Part shown: positions 28,149-37,075 of the stretch, piece after piece
Layout: each line of letters begins with the position of its first letter
Numbering within the stretch: the first letter of the stretch is position 1
Source of the DNA: an uncultured delta proteobacterium
Lineage (GTDB): Bacteria > Myxococcota_A > Polyangia > Polyangiales > Polyangiaceae
Direction: 5' to 3'
Assembly: GCA_963841435.1 (NCBI GenBank)
Contig: CAWJCS010000001.1
Coordinates: forward strand, 32,001-96,000
Length of the DNA: 64,000 bases
The notes under the pieces: generated by a model
Database searches by the model: none
Told to the model about the DNA's origin: nothing
What the model saw: the letters and a program-made list of their open reading frames with translations, nothing else
Position numbers and translations under genes: made by a program

Positions 28149-29411
28149 TCAGCCGAGCTGTGCGACGGCGCGCTCGATGCGCCGGCGTTGCGACGGCGTG
28201 GTTTCGCCGACCGTCACGAGCGAGAGGCGATCGCGACGAAAGAGTCGGCGCGCGGCGGCGCGCACGGCGAGCCGCGGGATGCGCCCGAGCTGTTCGAGTC
28301 GCGCGGCCGGTGAGCGCGCGAGGCCCGCGAGCTCGGCGAAGCCGTAGAACGCGCCGAGGTCGGCCGGCGAGTCGCCGAGTGCGTCGAGATGGAAAGCGAG
28401 ACGAGCTCGCGCCTTCTCGAGCTCGTCGTCGCGCGGACCGCTCTCCGCGAGCTCACGGGCGATGCCGAGGATCTCTTCGAGCACCTCGGGCGTGTGCTCG
28501 TGCGAGCAATCGGCCGCGAAGTCGAAGAGCCCGGTGTCCTCGTACGCTTCGTAGAGCGCCGACACGTCGTAGCAGAGGCCGCGTTCGTCGCAGATCCGGT
28601 GGTAGAGACGCGTCGAAGTACCGTCGTCGATGACCCTGAGCAGCAGGTCGGTCGCGGCGGCGTCGCGGTCGCGCTCGCCGGCCGCGCGAAACGCGAGACG
28701 TAGCGCCGTCTGGCTCGAAGCGTCGCGCACGTGAACGATCCGTGGCCCGCGCGCGGGCCGCGCGGGTGTGGTTTTTGGTGCGCGGCCGCGACCGAGCGCG
28801 AAGGCGTGCCCGACGTGCGAAACCAGCCCCCGCTTCGAGAAGCGCCCGGCGATGGTCACGACGATCGCCGAGGTGTAATGCTTGGCGTGGTGGCGGCGCA
28901 GGGCGGTCGTGCCGAAGCGCGAGAGCGTGCGCAGCGTGCCGGCGATGGGAAGGCCGAGTGCGTGGTTCGGGAAGGCGGCCTCGCGCAAAAGGTCGTCCGG
29001 TCCCACGCGGCGCCCGCGCGAGTCGATCGTTTCGAGGATCTCCTCGCGAACGATGCCCCGTTCGATTTCGATTTGATCGAACACCGGTTCGCGGCACACC
29101 TCGGCGAGTAGCTCGATCACCTCGAGCACGGCAGCCGGCGGCACGGAGACGGAAAGCACGCCGTGATCGACGTACGTCGTCGCGCCGAGCGTGCCGCCCA
29201 GGCGTTCGAACGAAAGTGCCTGCTCGTGCGCGGACGGATGGCGCGCCGTCCCGCGGTGCATCATGTGCTCGAGAAAGTGGCTGATGCCGTTCTCGGCAGG
29301 GCGCTCGAAGCGAGAGCCCACGCGCACGTGGACGCTCACTGCCGTGCTGCGCGCATGCGGCATCGGTACGAGGATGATGCGCAAGCCGTCGGTTAGACGG
29401 TGGCGCTCCAC
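28149..29411 (-). CDS. M16 (pitrilysin/insulinase) family zinc peptidase
   Basis: VGSRFE, inverted zinc motif HFLEH, ERGIVREE, SRLYHRI-like segment and RGLCYDV; start uncertain (GTG 29411 or upstream). Confidence 0.92.
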   Translation of the reverse strand: MERHRLTDGLRIILVPMPHARSTAVSVHVRVGSRFERPAENGISHFLEHMMHRGTARHPSAHEQALSFERLGGTLGATTYVDHGVLSVSVPPAAVLEVIELLAEVCREPVFDQIEIERGIVREEILETIDSRGRRVGPDDLLREAAFPNHALGLPIAGTLRTLSRFGTTALRRHHAKHYTSAIVVTIAGRFSKRGLVSHVGHAFALGRGRAPKTTPARPARGPRIVHVRDASSQTALRLAFRAAGERDRDAAATDLLLRVIDDGTSTRLYHRICDERGLCYDVSALYEAYEDTGLFDFAADCSHEHTPEVLEEILGIARELAESGPRDDELEKARARLAFHLDALGDSPADLGAFYGFAELAGLARSPAARLEQLGRIPRLAVRAAARRLFRRDRLSLVTVGETTPSQRRRIERAVAQLG

Positions 29412-29427
29412 CCCCGGTCCGTCGCCG

Positions 29428-31158
29428 TCATTCGTTGGGGTCGGCCTTCGTGTCCTCGCCATAGCGCAGGTCGATCTTGAGCTTGTTGCCAGCGGCGCGG
29501 CGCAGGTCCGCCACGTAGCGCGTCAGCGCTTCGTTGCCCTTGGCATCGGTGAGCACGCGGAGCAGCGCCCACTTCTCCTTCTCGAACTCTTCTTTCGAGG
29601 CCGGAGTCTTCTCCTTGAGCTGCATCACGACGAAACCGGTTGCCGTCTCGATCGGGCTCTCGATCACGCCTTCGGGCTCGAGCTCGAAGGCCCGGGCCGC
29701 AAGCGGCTCGCGGGCGATCACGTCCGGCAGCGGATTGCCCGAGATCGTGAAGGGTGGCGACACCTCGAAGTGAGGGCGGTTCGCGGCGAGCGCCGCGGGA
29801 GACGCCGTGGCCTCGCCAGCTTTGTCCTTGGGCTTCGTCGCCGTGGCGTCTCGCGTCACGTCGTCGATGAGCACGCGCGCGATCTCCTCGAGCTTGCCGC
29901 CGGCCTTGGCCTGCTTGATGAGCTCGCTCGCAAAGGCCCGCATGGCGTCGTTTTCGGCGGAGACGAGATAGAGCCCGCGCGCTACCTGACGCCGTCCCTC
30001 GCGCTCGACGTTGCCCGCCTCGAGCGTGCCCACGCGCTCGAGCAACACGAGGCCGCTCGGTGTCTCGAGCGGGTCGCTCAAGGCGCCCGGCGCGAGCGGC
30101 TTGGCAGCGGCGACGAGCACGTCCGAGCCCGGTCCCCAAGCGTCGTTGAGGCAGCCGACGAGCCCACCGAATGGCGCGCTCGGCGCGCCGCTCGCTTCGC
30201 GCGCCACCCGCGCGAAGTCCTCGCCCTTTTGCACGCGGGTGCGCAACGCGGTGAGCTGCTCGCGCACGCGACCCTTTTCCTCCGCATCCGCTTGGGGCGC
30301 GAGCGGCAGCACCACCTCGCGCACGAGCGGGCAGCCGGCCTCGAAGCCCTTCTGGGCGTCTTTGAAGGCGCGGTCAATCTCGACACCGTGCATGCCCATC
30401 CAACGCTCGAGCGCGGCGTCCGACGTGTCGACCACGTAGGTTCCGAACCAGCTTCCGTCGAGTACGACGCTGCGGACGACCGCCTTGGAGCGACCCCGCT
30501 CGAACACCGAGCGCGCCTCGCTTTCCGACACACGAGCCCGCGAGCGAACGATTTCGCGCATTCGTTCGGCGACCATTTCCCGCTCCTGCGCCGCCCGGAA
30601 TTCCTTTGGGCCGCGATTGGCGAGGATTCTGATCTCGCGCTCGTAGAGCTTGTAGTCGAAGGGCTCGTCGGGCGTGCGGCGCACGCGGAGCTGGCGAATG
30701 CCGAGCGTCGTGCCAGGCTCGCAACCGTAACCGCGCTCCTGCGGCCGGCAGAGCCCGAGCCGGTACGCGAGCTGCTCGGCGTCGGCGGCCGGTAGCGAGA
30801 CGTGGGCGCGCCCGGCTGCGAGCTCCTGCTCGAGGACCTCGTCGCTCACCCCGATTCCGAGCCGCAGGGCTTCCGCGTACAAGAGCTCGCGCTCGGCGAG
30901 ACCGTCGAGGGTCCGGCGCTTGAGCGCGAGGGTGCGCACGTCCTTGGGCTGGATGCCTCGTGGAACCAGCAGGCCGTAGGCGGCGAAGTAGTCCTTGGCG
31001 TCCAGGCATTCCCCGCCGAAGTCAACGGCACACTCCGTGGAGAGGTGCGCTGTCGGGTTACCGCGACCGGCCCGGAACTCGAGCGCGAACACGACGATGA
31101 TCAGGAAGACGATCCCGCCGAGGATCGTCTTGCCGAGTCCGTTCGAGAAGCTCAGCAT
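29428..31158 (-). CDS. PpiD/SurA-like membrane-anchored peptidyl-prolyl isomerase/chaperone
   Basis: N-terminal TM helix, SurA-N-like region (LLYAEALRLGIGVSDE), parvulin motifs GEDFARVAREAS, GGLVG, SDPLETPSG. Confidence 0.8.
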   Translation of the reverse strand: MLSFSNGLGKTILGGIVFLIIVVFALEFRAGRGNPTAHLSTECAVDFGGECLDAKDYFAAYGLLVPRGIQPKDVRTLALKRRTLDGLAERELLYAEALRLGIGVSDEVLEQELAAGRAHVSLPAADAEQLAYRLGLCRPQERGYGCEPGTTLGIRQLRVRRTPDEPFDYKLYEREIRILANRGPKEFRAAQEREMVAERMREIVRSRARVSESEARSVFERGRSKAVVRSVVLDGSWFGTYVVDTSDAALERWMGMHGVEIDRAFKDAQKGFEAGCPLVREVVLPLAPQADAEEKGRVREQLTALRTRVQKGEDFARVAREASGAPSAPFGGLVGCLNDAWGPGSDVLVAAAKPLAPGALSDPLETPSGLVLLERVGTLEAGNVEREGRRQVARGLYLVSAENDAMRAFASELIKQAKAGGKLEEIARVLIDDVTRDATATKPKDKAGEATASPAALAANRPHFEVSPPFTISGNPLPDVIAREPLAARAFELEPEGVIESPIETATGFVVMQLKEKTPASKEEFEKEKWALLRVLTDAKGNEALTRYVADLRRAAGNKLKIDLRYGEDTKADPNE

Positions 31159-31292
31159 GGGGGCGGGGGACTACCACGCAGCGGGCCCGGAATCCAAGCA
31201 GCGCCGCGCCGCCCGCCCCGGCCCCCTTGCGATTGCCCTTGCATGGGGCGGGTCGTTGCCCCAGGCAAGGTCCTGCCAAGGAGCAAAACACC

Positions 31293-31802
31293 ATGTACTA
31301 CCTCGCGATTCGCCAGTTCGCTCGCACCCTCCGAGTTCTGGACGCCATTTTGGCCAAGGCGGAGCGCTACGCCGCGGGGCGCGGCTTCGACGTGAATCAA
31401 TTCATCGGCATGCGCCTCGCGCCCGACATGCTTCCCTTCGTGGTTCAGGTCCGCATCGCCTGCGACCACGCGAAGAACGCGGCGGCGAACCTTTCGGGCA
31501 AGCCGGCGCCCAAGCACGAGGACGACGAGAAGACCTTTACGGACCTCCATGCGCGCATCGGCAAGGCCCTCGCCTTCATCGAGAGCCTCGTCGAAAAGGA
31601 TTTCGAGGCCACGCCTCCGGATCGTTTGATCGCGCTGCCGACCCCCAAGGGCAAGGCGCTGCGCGCGAACGACTACCTCTTGTCCCGCCAGATCCCGAAC
31701 TTCTTTTTCCACGTCACGACGGCTTACGCCATCTTGCGCCACGGCGGCGTGGACCTAGGCAAGACCGATCTCTTGGGTCCGCTCGAGCTCGTCAACGCCT
31801 GA
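31293..31802 (+). CDS. DUF1993 (DinB/YfiT-like) protein
   Basis: RLAPDMLPFVVQV, PNFFFHVTTAYAILRHGGVDLGKTD; AAGGAG SD. Confidence 0.92.
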   Translation: MYYLAIRQFARTLRVLDAILAKAERYAAGRGFDVNQFIGMRLAPDMLPFVVQVRIACDHAKNAAANLSGKPAPKHEDDEKTFTDLHARIGKALAFIESLVEKDFEATPPDRLIALPTPKGKALRANDYLLSRQIPNFFFHVTTAYAILRHGGVDLGKTDLLGPLELVNA

Positions 31803-31806
31803 CCGC

Positions 31807-32238
31807 TCAGGGGCGCGCCGCGACCTTGGTCACGCCGAGGGCATAGCGAAGCTCGGTGTAGAGCTCGGCTTCGTCCGCCACGCGGCGCTCGTAGCTCACT
31901 TCGTACGAGGTATCGAGTGTGCGCGAGCGGTCGCTCGGATCCCAAATCGGCACCGCCGTCGCGCCGATCTCCGCGTAGCCCTTCGCGACGAGATCGGCGC
32001 TCAGGCCACGGGCGCGGCCGAAGAGCGCGCCTTCGTCCTCGCCAGGAAAGTCGCTCGCCTGTGCTCGGAGCACGAGACGCACGGCGAGCCCGGGGTCCTG
32101 AACGGCCGCGACCCCGCTGTCCATCAGGAGATTGTCCCGCACCCGGTCCGCCAGGGCGATCTGGTTGGGCCCCGTCCGGTAAATCTCGAAGCCCTCCGCG
32201 ACCAGGGCTTTCTTCAGGGCGGGGGGGGGGCTTTGCAT
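31807..32238 (-). CDS. Hypothetical protein
   Basis: LADRVRDNLLMDSGV...IWDPSDRSRTLDT; contains a C10 run just after the start. Confidence 0.7.
   Translation of the reverse strand: MQSPPPALKKALVAEGFEIYRTGPNQIALADRVRDNLLMDSGVAAVQDPGLAVRLVLRAQASDFPGEDEGALFGRARGLSADLVAKGYAEIGATAVPIWDPSDRSRTLDTSYEVSYERRVADEAELYTELRYALGVTKVAARP
32221..32230. repeat. G10 homopolymer tract
   Basis: Ten consecutive G at 32221-32230, the longest run I saw in the window. Confidence 0.9.
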
Positions 32239-32467
32239 CTTCGGCGGCGGCCCCTGCGGGCGCAGTCGGTGCGGAGACCCTGAAAGGTATGCGCCGCGAG
32301 GCATTAGCGTCAAGGCGAAAAACCCAACGCTCTCCTGTAATTGCGGCAGCGTTACCGGCGCGGGTCTCGATACTTTCGTCCGCGGGTTGCGCGTGGGTAT
32401 TGCTTTCCGGTCCTCGCGAGCTCCGAGCGGCGTTCGTCGAGCGTGATAAGGTCTGCTCGGGTTACTC

Positions 32468-32792
32468 GTGGGCACGTCCAAGAATCCGCCCGGCCCGGAG
32501 CCGCACAGCCAGCGGCGCCAATACGGGGGCGCTCGGCACGAAGCGTCGGATCGCGTGACCATCCGCGCGGATTCAATGGAGACTTCGGGCTGGACGCTCA
32601 ACGTCAGCCGCGGAGGGATAAGGGCGGTGGTCGAGGATCCCTTGGACCCCGCCGTGGAATACGCAGTGTGCGTCGGGGATGGTCCGGCCCGCCGCGCAAA
32701 AGTCGCGTGGGCGCGCCTCGAAGCGGACGGTCAGATCGTGGGCTTGCGCTTCCTCAACGTCAACGGATTCCGTCCCGCCGGAAGAGGCCTAG
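32468..32792 (+). CDS. PilZ domain protein; as written it reads through into the helicase, probably because of a 1-bp insertion near 32768
   Basis: RQYGGAR and NVSRGG motifs, AKVAW, IVGLRF. Deleting one base in GGATTCC gives ...VNGSVPPEEA* (TAG 32790-32792). Confidence 0.72.
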
Positions 32793-32815
32793 CGGCGCAG
32801 ACTGCCGGAGGCCCG

Positions 32816-34849
32816 ATGCAGCCGGCGCTGGAACTGCTCGGTCCGGAAGGACCCTTCGCCCGTGAGCTCGGCGGCTACGAGGAGCGCCCGGGCCAGCTCG
32901 AGATGGCTCGCGCCGTCGAGCGCGCGCTCTCGGACGATCGCGTGCTGCTTTGCGAGGCCGGCACGGGAACGGGCAAGACGCTCGCGTACCTCGTGCCCGC
33001 CATCCTGAGCGGTCGCAAAGTGATCGTTTCGACGGCGACGCGAGCGCTCCAGGAGCAGATCTTCACCAAGGACCTGCCGCTCGTCGCGCGCGTGCTCGGC
33101 ATCGACCCACGCGCGGTGCTCATGAAGGGGCTCGGCAACTATCTCTGCCGGCGTCGTTACGGTGAGCTCGTGCACTCGCCCGAGGCAGTGCGCCCCTCGA
33201 AGGGGCGCGCGCTCGAGCTCGTCCGGCGCTGGGTCGAAGAGACGGAGAGCGGCGACCTCGGCGAGCTCGCATCCCTCGCCGAGGACGACCCGGTGCGTCT
33301 CGCCGTCGCCTCCTCGAGCGAGACCCGCCTCGGGCAGGCCTGCCCGCATTTCGACGCCTGTTTCGTCACCCGAATGCGCCGGGAGGCAGAAGACGCGCGG
33401 CTCGTGATCGTCAATCACCACCTGTTCTTCGCCGATCTCGCGCTGCGTGGCGCCCACCCGGGGCGCGTGCTGCCGGACTACGATGCCGTGATCTTCGACG
33501 AAGCGCATCAGCTCGAGGACATCGCGACCGAGTTCTTCGGCCTGCGCGTCACCGGCGCGCAGCTCTCTCGCGCGCTTGGCGATGCCGAGCGCGCGCTCAG
33601 GCTCGCGGATGCCGCAGACCCCCTGTTCTCGGACGGCGCGGGTCTTTTGTCCGCCGCGCGTGACGCCGTCAACGCACTGTTCGGCGAGCTCGGCCGTCGC
33701 CTCGCGCGCGGCGAAGCGCGCGCGACACTGGAGCGCGACGCGTGGGCGGGTCCGCTCGAGCAGCGCTGGCTCGAGGTCAACCGTGCGCTCGAGGCGGTCG
33801 AGGTCGTGGCGCGCGAAGCGCTCGGTCGCGTCGAGGCTCGCCGGCAGCCCAACACCGGGTTGCTCGTCGATGCACTGTCGGCGACCGAGCGCCGCATGAC
33901 GCTCGCCCGCGAACGCCTGGCTGCCATCGTCAACGCAGGCTCCGGGCGCGTGACCTGGGTCGAACAGGGGCCGCGAGGCACGGCGCTGAGCTCCTCACCC
34001 GTCGATTTGTCGTGGGTGCTGCGCGAGCGCATCTTCGAGAGCGTGCCGGCCGTCGTGCTCACGAGCGCGACGCTCGCGACACGGCGACGGCGGGAGGACC
34101 GAGCGGCGAGCCCGTTTGCGTACGTTCGCGCGCGCCTCGGTCTCGCCGACGAGCGCGTTCAGGTCGACGAGCTGGTCGTCGAATCGCCGTTCGATTTCGC
34201 GAGCCAGGCGCTCTTTTACACGCCGCGCGATCTGCCCGCGCCCGGCAGCGCCGAGTTCCTCGAGCCTGCCGTCGAGCGCGTGCGCGCGCTGCTCGCGCTC
34301 ACGGGCGGCGGATGCTTCGTGCTCACGACCTCGCTGCGCTCGATGCGCGCTTTCCACGAGCGGCTTCGCTCGCACGTCCCTGCGAGCCGATTGTTGCTCC
34401 AGGGTCAGGCACCGAAGGCCACCCTGCTCGGCCGCTTCCGCGCCGATAGCGACGCCGTGCTCGTCGCGACGGCGAGCTTCTGGGAAGGCGTCGACGTGCC
34501 GGGGCACGCGCTCCGGCTCGTCGTGCTCGAGAAGATCCCGTTCGCCGTGCCATCGGATCCGATCGTCCGGGCGCGTGCCCAGGCGCTCGAGAGCGAAGGG
34601 AAGAATCCGTTCGTCGAGCTCCACCTGCCCGCGGCCGCGATTGCCCTGAAGCAGGGTTTCGGCCGTTTGGTGAGGACACGGCGCGACGTGGGCATCGTCG
34701 CCTTGCTCGACGAGCGCGTCCACCGCCGGGGCTACGGTCGCATGCTCCTCGATGGCCTGCCACCAGCGCTCCGCACCGACGAGTTCGAAGCCGTGGAACG
34801 CTTCTGGTCGTCGCGGGGCGCGGAGCCGGCGTCCCCCGTGCCGTTCTGA
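32816..34849 (+). CDS. dinG: DinG/YoaA-family ATP-dependent DNA helicase
   Basis: Q motif ERPGQ, EAGTGTGKT, NHHL, DEAH, TSATL, FWEGVD, QGFGRLVR; GGAGG SD before ATG32816. Confidence 0.93.
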   Translation: MQPALELLGPEGPFARELGGYEERPGQLEMARAVERALSDDRVLLCEAGTGTGKTLAYLVPAILSGRKVIVSTATRALQEQIFTKDLPLVARVLGIDPRAVLMKGLGNYLCRRRYGELVHSPEAVRPSKGRALELVRRWVEETESGDLGELASLAEDDPVRLAVASSSETRLGQACPHFDACFVTRMRREAEDARLVIVNHHLFFADLALRGAHPGRVLPDYDAVIFDEAHQLEDIATEFFGLRVTGAQLSRALGDAERALRLADAADPLFSDGAGLLSAARDAVNALFGELGRRLARGEARATLERDAWAGPLEQRWLEVNRALEAVEVVAREALGRVEARRQPNTGLLVDALSATERRMTLARERLAAIVNAGSGRVTWVEQGPRGTALSSSPVDLSWVLRERIFESVPAVVLTSATLATRRRREDRAASPFAYVRARLGLADERVQVDELVVESPFDFASQALFYTPRDLPAPGSAEFLEPAVERVRALLALTGGGCFVLTTSLRSMRAFHERLRSHVPASRLLLQGQAPKATLLGRFRADSDAVLVATASFWEGVDVPGHALRLVVLEKIPFAVPSDPIVRARAQALESEGKNPFVELHLPAAAIALKQGFGRLVRTRRDVGIVALLDERVHRRGYGRMLLDGLPPALRTDEFEAVERFWSSRGAEPASPVPF

Positions 34850-34855
34850 GCGGCG

Positions 34856-35812
34856 TTACTTCTTCGCGCGCTTCGCCGGCTTGCTCGGCTTTTTGGCCTT
34901 GGCCGTCTTCTTGGCGCCCTTCGCCTTTGGCGCGGGCCGGGTCGCCTTCGCTGGCTTCGCCACCTTCCTGGCGGCCTTCGTCTTCGATGCAGGCTTGCTC
35001 GCTTTCACCGGCTTGGTCGCCTTCACTGGTTTCTTCGCGGCCTTGGCCGTCTTCTTGGCGGCCTTCGCCTTCGGTGCGGGCTTCGCCTTCGCGAGCTTCG
35101 CCTTCGGCGCTCTCTTGGCACTCTTCTTCGCAGTCTTCTTCGCAGTCTTCTTCGCGCTCTTCTTCGGGGGCGCAGGCTTCGCCGGCTTTGCTGCGGGAGC
35201 GGTCTTGGCGGCCTTCTTCGCCGGCTTCGGAGCCGCTTTCGCGGCCGTTTCTGGCTGATTTTTCGCGTTTTTCGCCGCGGCTTTCTTGGGAGCGCCGGCC
35301 GGCTTCCTCTGCTCCGCCGGTGACGGCCGCGTGAGCTTGCGCGTCGTGATCGGTTCCGGAGCGTCGGATGGCGCGAAGCTCACCTGCATGTCTTCCTGCC
35401 CGGAGTCGGGGCGACCGAGTGCACCGGCCCGGCGACGCTCGAGCGTTTCCGAGAGCTTCCGGTCGAGCGCCGAGAATTCGAAGGGCTTGTCGACGTGAGC
35501 GTCCGCTCCGTAGAGCGGTGATGTCATCTCGTTCAGCGTCTCGCCGATCCCCGTGAGCATCACGACGCCAGTGTGCGCGAGCGACACCGCCTCGCGGATC
35601 TTCCGACACACCTCCCAGCCGCTCATGCCCGGCATCATCACGTCGAGCAACACGAGATCCGGCAAGTGCTCGTGGGCGAGCTCCCAGGCCTCGTCGCCGT
35701 CGCTTGCCTCGAGAACGTTGTAACCCTTGGAGCGCAGGTGGCGGCCGAGCAGAGCCAAGGTGCTCGGCTCGTCGTCGGCGATCAGGACCACGGTTTTTTC
35801 GTCGTTGGACAT
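34856..35812 (-). CDS. Response regulator receiver domain fused to a histone-H1-like Lys/Ala/Pro-rich tail
   Basis: IADDE, LLDVMMPGMSG (phospho-Asp), MLTG, DKPF; last ~150 aa are KKAAK/PAKK repeats. Confidence 0.9.
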   Translation of the reverse strand: MSNDEKTVVLIADDEPSTLALLGRHLRSKGYNVLEASDGDEAWELAHEHLPDLVLLDVMMPGMSGWEVCRKIREAVSLAHTGVVMLTGIGETLNEMTSPLYGADAHVDKPFEFSALDRKLSETLERRRAGALGRPDSGQEDMQVSFAPSDAPEPITTRKLTRPSPAEQRKPAGAPKKAAAKNAKNQPETAAKAAPKPAKKAAKTAPAAKPAKPAPPKKSAKKTAKKTAKKSAKRAPKAKLAKAKPAPKAKAAKKTAKAAKKPVKATKPVKASKPASKTKAARKVAKPAKATRPAPKAKGAKKTAKAKKPSKPAKRAKK

Positions 35813-35875
35813 CGGGAGCGTCTTTCGCTAAGGGGCCGGGGTATCGGAAACCACGCCCGTACGAGGGTCAAGCAA

Positions 35876-37075
35876 ACGAGCGAACCGACCGCGGGCCGGC
35901 CCGCCTCGCTTGCCCCGGTTCTCGGCGTGACCTTCCTCGGGTCGGTGAGTGGCGGGGTGTTCTGGAGTGGCATCTTTTTCGTCACCCAGCGCCACTACGC
36001 CTTCTCCGAGGCCAAAAACCTCGCGCTCGCGCTCGGCCTGGGCGCGTTCTACGCGGTTGCCGCCCTCGGTGCCGGGCGGATTTACGCGCTCGCCGGCATC
36101 CCGACGCGCCGCTTGCTCGCGGGATCACTGCTCGGCTGGGGGGCAGCGGCGCTCTTTCCGGTGGTCGGCCCACGTGGCGAGTGGGGGCTGTGGCTCGGCG
36201 CGCTCGTTGGCTCGGCCGTTTCGGGCCTCGTCTGGCCGGCCGTCGAGAGCTACCTCGGGGGGCGGCGGCACGGTGCCGAGCTACGGCGGAGCATCGGCTC
36301 CTTCAACGTGACTTGGACGGCTGGCACGGCGCTGCCGCTTCTCGTGATGCCGTTGCTCACGCGCTTGCACGCGCTCGCTCCGCTCGCCGCCTGCCTGCTC
36401 GTGAACTCGCTCGCGTGCGTTTTTCTCTTCGGTCTACCGCGCGAGCCCGCGCGCGCCGAGCCGGAGGTCGCCCGCGCGGCCGTGGGGCGCGAGTATCCTT
36501 TTCTCCTCCGCTCGGCGGGGATCCTCCTGCCGCTCAGCTACCTCATGTCGGCAACGCTGTCGCCCGTTCTGCCGCACCGTCTGGCGGCGCTCGGTCCCGG
36601 GCCGGTGCCGGCGAGCGTCGCCGCGGCGACCTGGATGGTGACGCGCTTCTTCACGCTCGGCGCGATGGCGCGGCTGTCGTTCTGGCACGGACGCTGGAGC
36701 GCGCTATTCGCTGCCGCCGTGATGCTCGCCGTCGGCCTCGGCTTCGTGCTGCTTGCGAGCTCGTTCGGCGTCATGGTGCTCGGCTTGGCGCTGTTCGGTA
36801 TCGGCATGGCGTTGACGTACTGCACGACGATCTATTATTCGCTGTCGGTGGGGCATGGCGCCGTCGACGCGGGCGGCGGCTTCGAGGCGCTCGTCGGCCT
36901 GGGCTACGTGCTCGGGCCCCTCGTGGGGCTCGCGGGGCACGCCCTTTTCCCGGCCCGTTTCGCCAATGCCGCCACGGTGGTGCTCACGTGGAGCTTCGCG
37001 CTCGCGGGCGGCGCGCTCGCGCTCAGGCCCTACCTCGCCGCACGCCGCGCGCGGCTTTTCGATCAGCGCACGTGA
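35876..37075 (+). CDS. MFS-type multi-pass membrane transporter
   Basis: About 12 hydrophobic segments. Start uncertain: ACG at 35876 after a GAGG SD, or GTG 35927. Convergent 13-nt overlap with the PL11 gene. Confidence 0.75.
   Translation, partial: TSEPTAGRPASLAPVLGVTFLGSVSGGVFWSGIFFVTQRHYAFSEAKNLALALGLGAFYAVAALGAGRIYALAGIPTRRLLAGSLLGWGAAALFPVVGPRGEWGLWLGALVGSAVSGLVWPAVESYLGGRRHGAELRRSIGSFNVTWTAGTALPLLVMPLLTRLHALAPLAACLLVNSLACVFLFGLPREPARAEPEVARAAVGREYPFLLRSAGILLPLSYLMSATLSPVLPHRLAALGPGPVPASVAAATWMVTRFFTLGAMARLSFWHGRWSALFAAAVMLAVGLGFVLLASSFGVMVLGLALFGIGMALTYCTTIYYSLSVGHGAVDAGGGFEALVGLGYVLGPLVGLAGHALFPARFANAATVVLTWSFALAGGALALRPYLAARRARLFDQRT

Noticed and set aside
32270-32345. Glycine riboswitch (GGAGA...CGCCG-like words)
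   Set aside because: The conserved GAAGG and CTCTCAGG elements are missing, and the downstream genes are unrelated to glycine.
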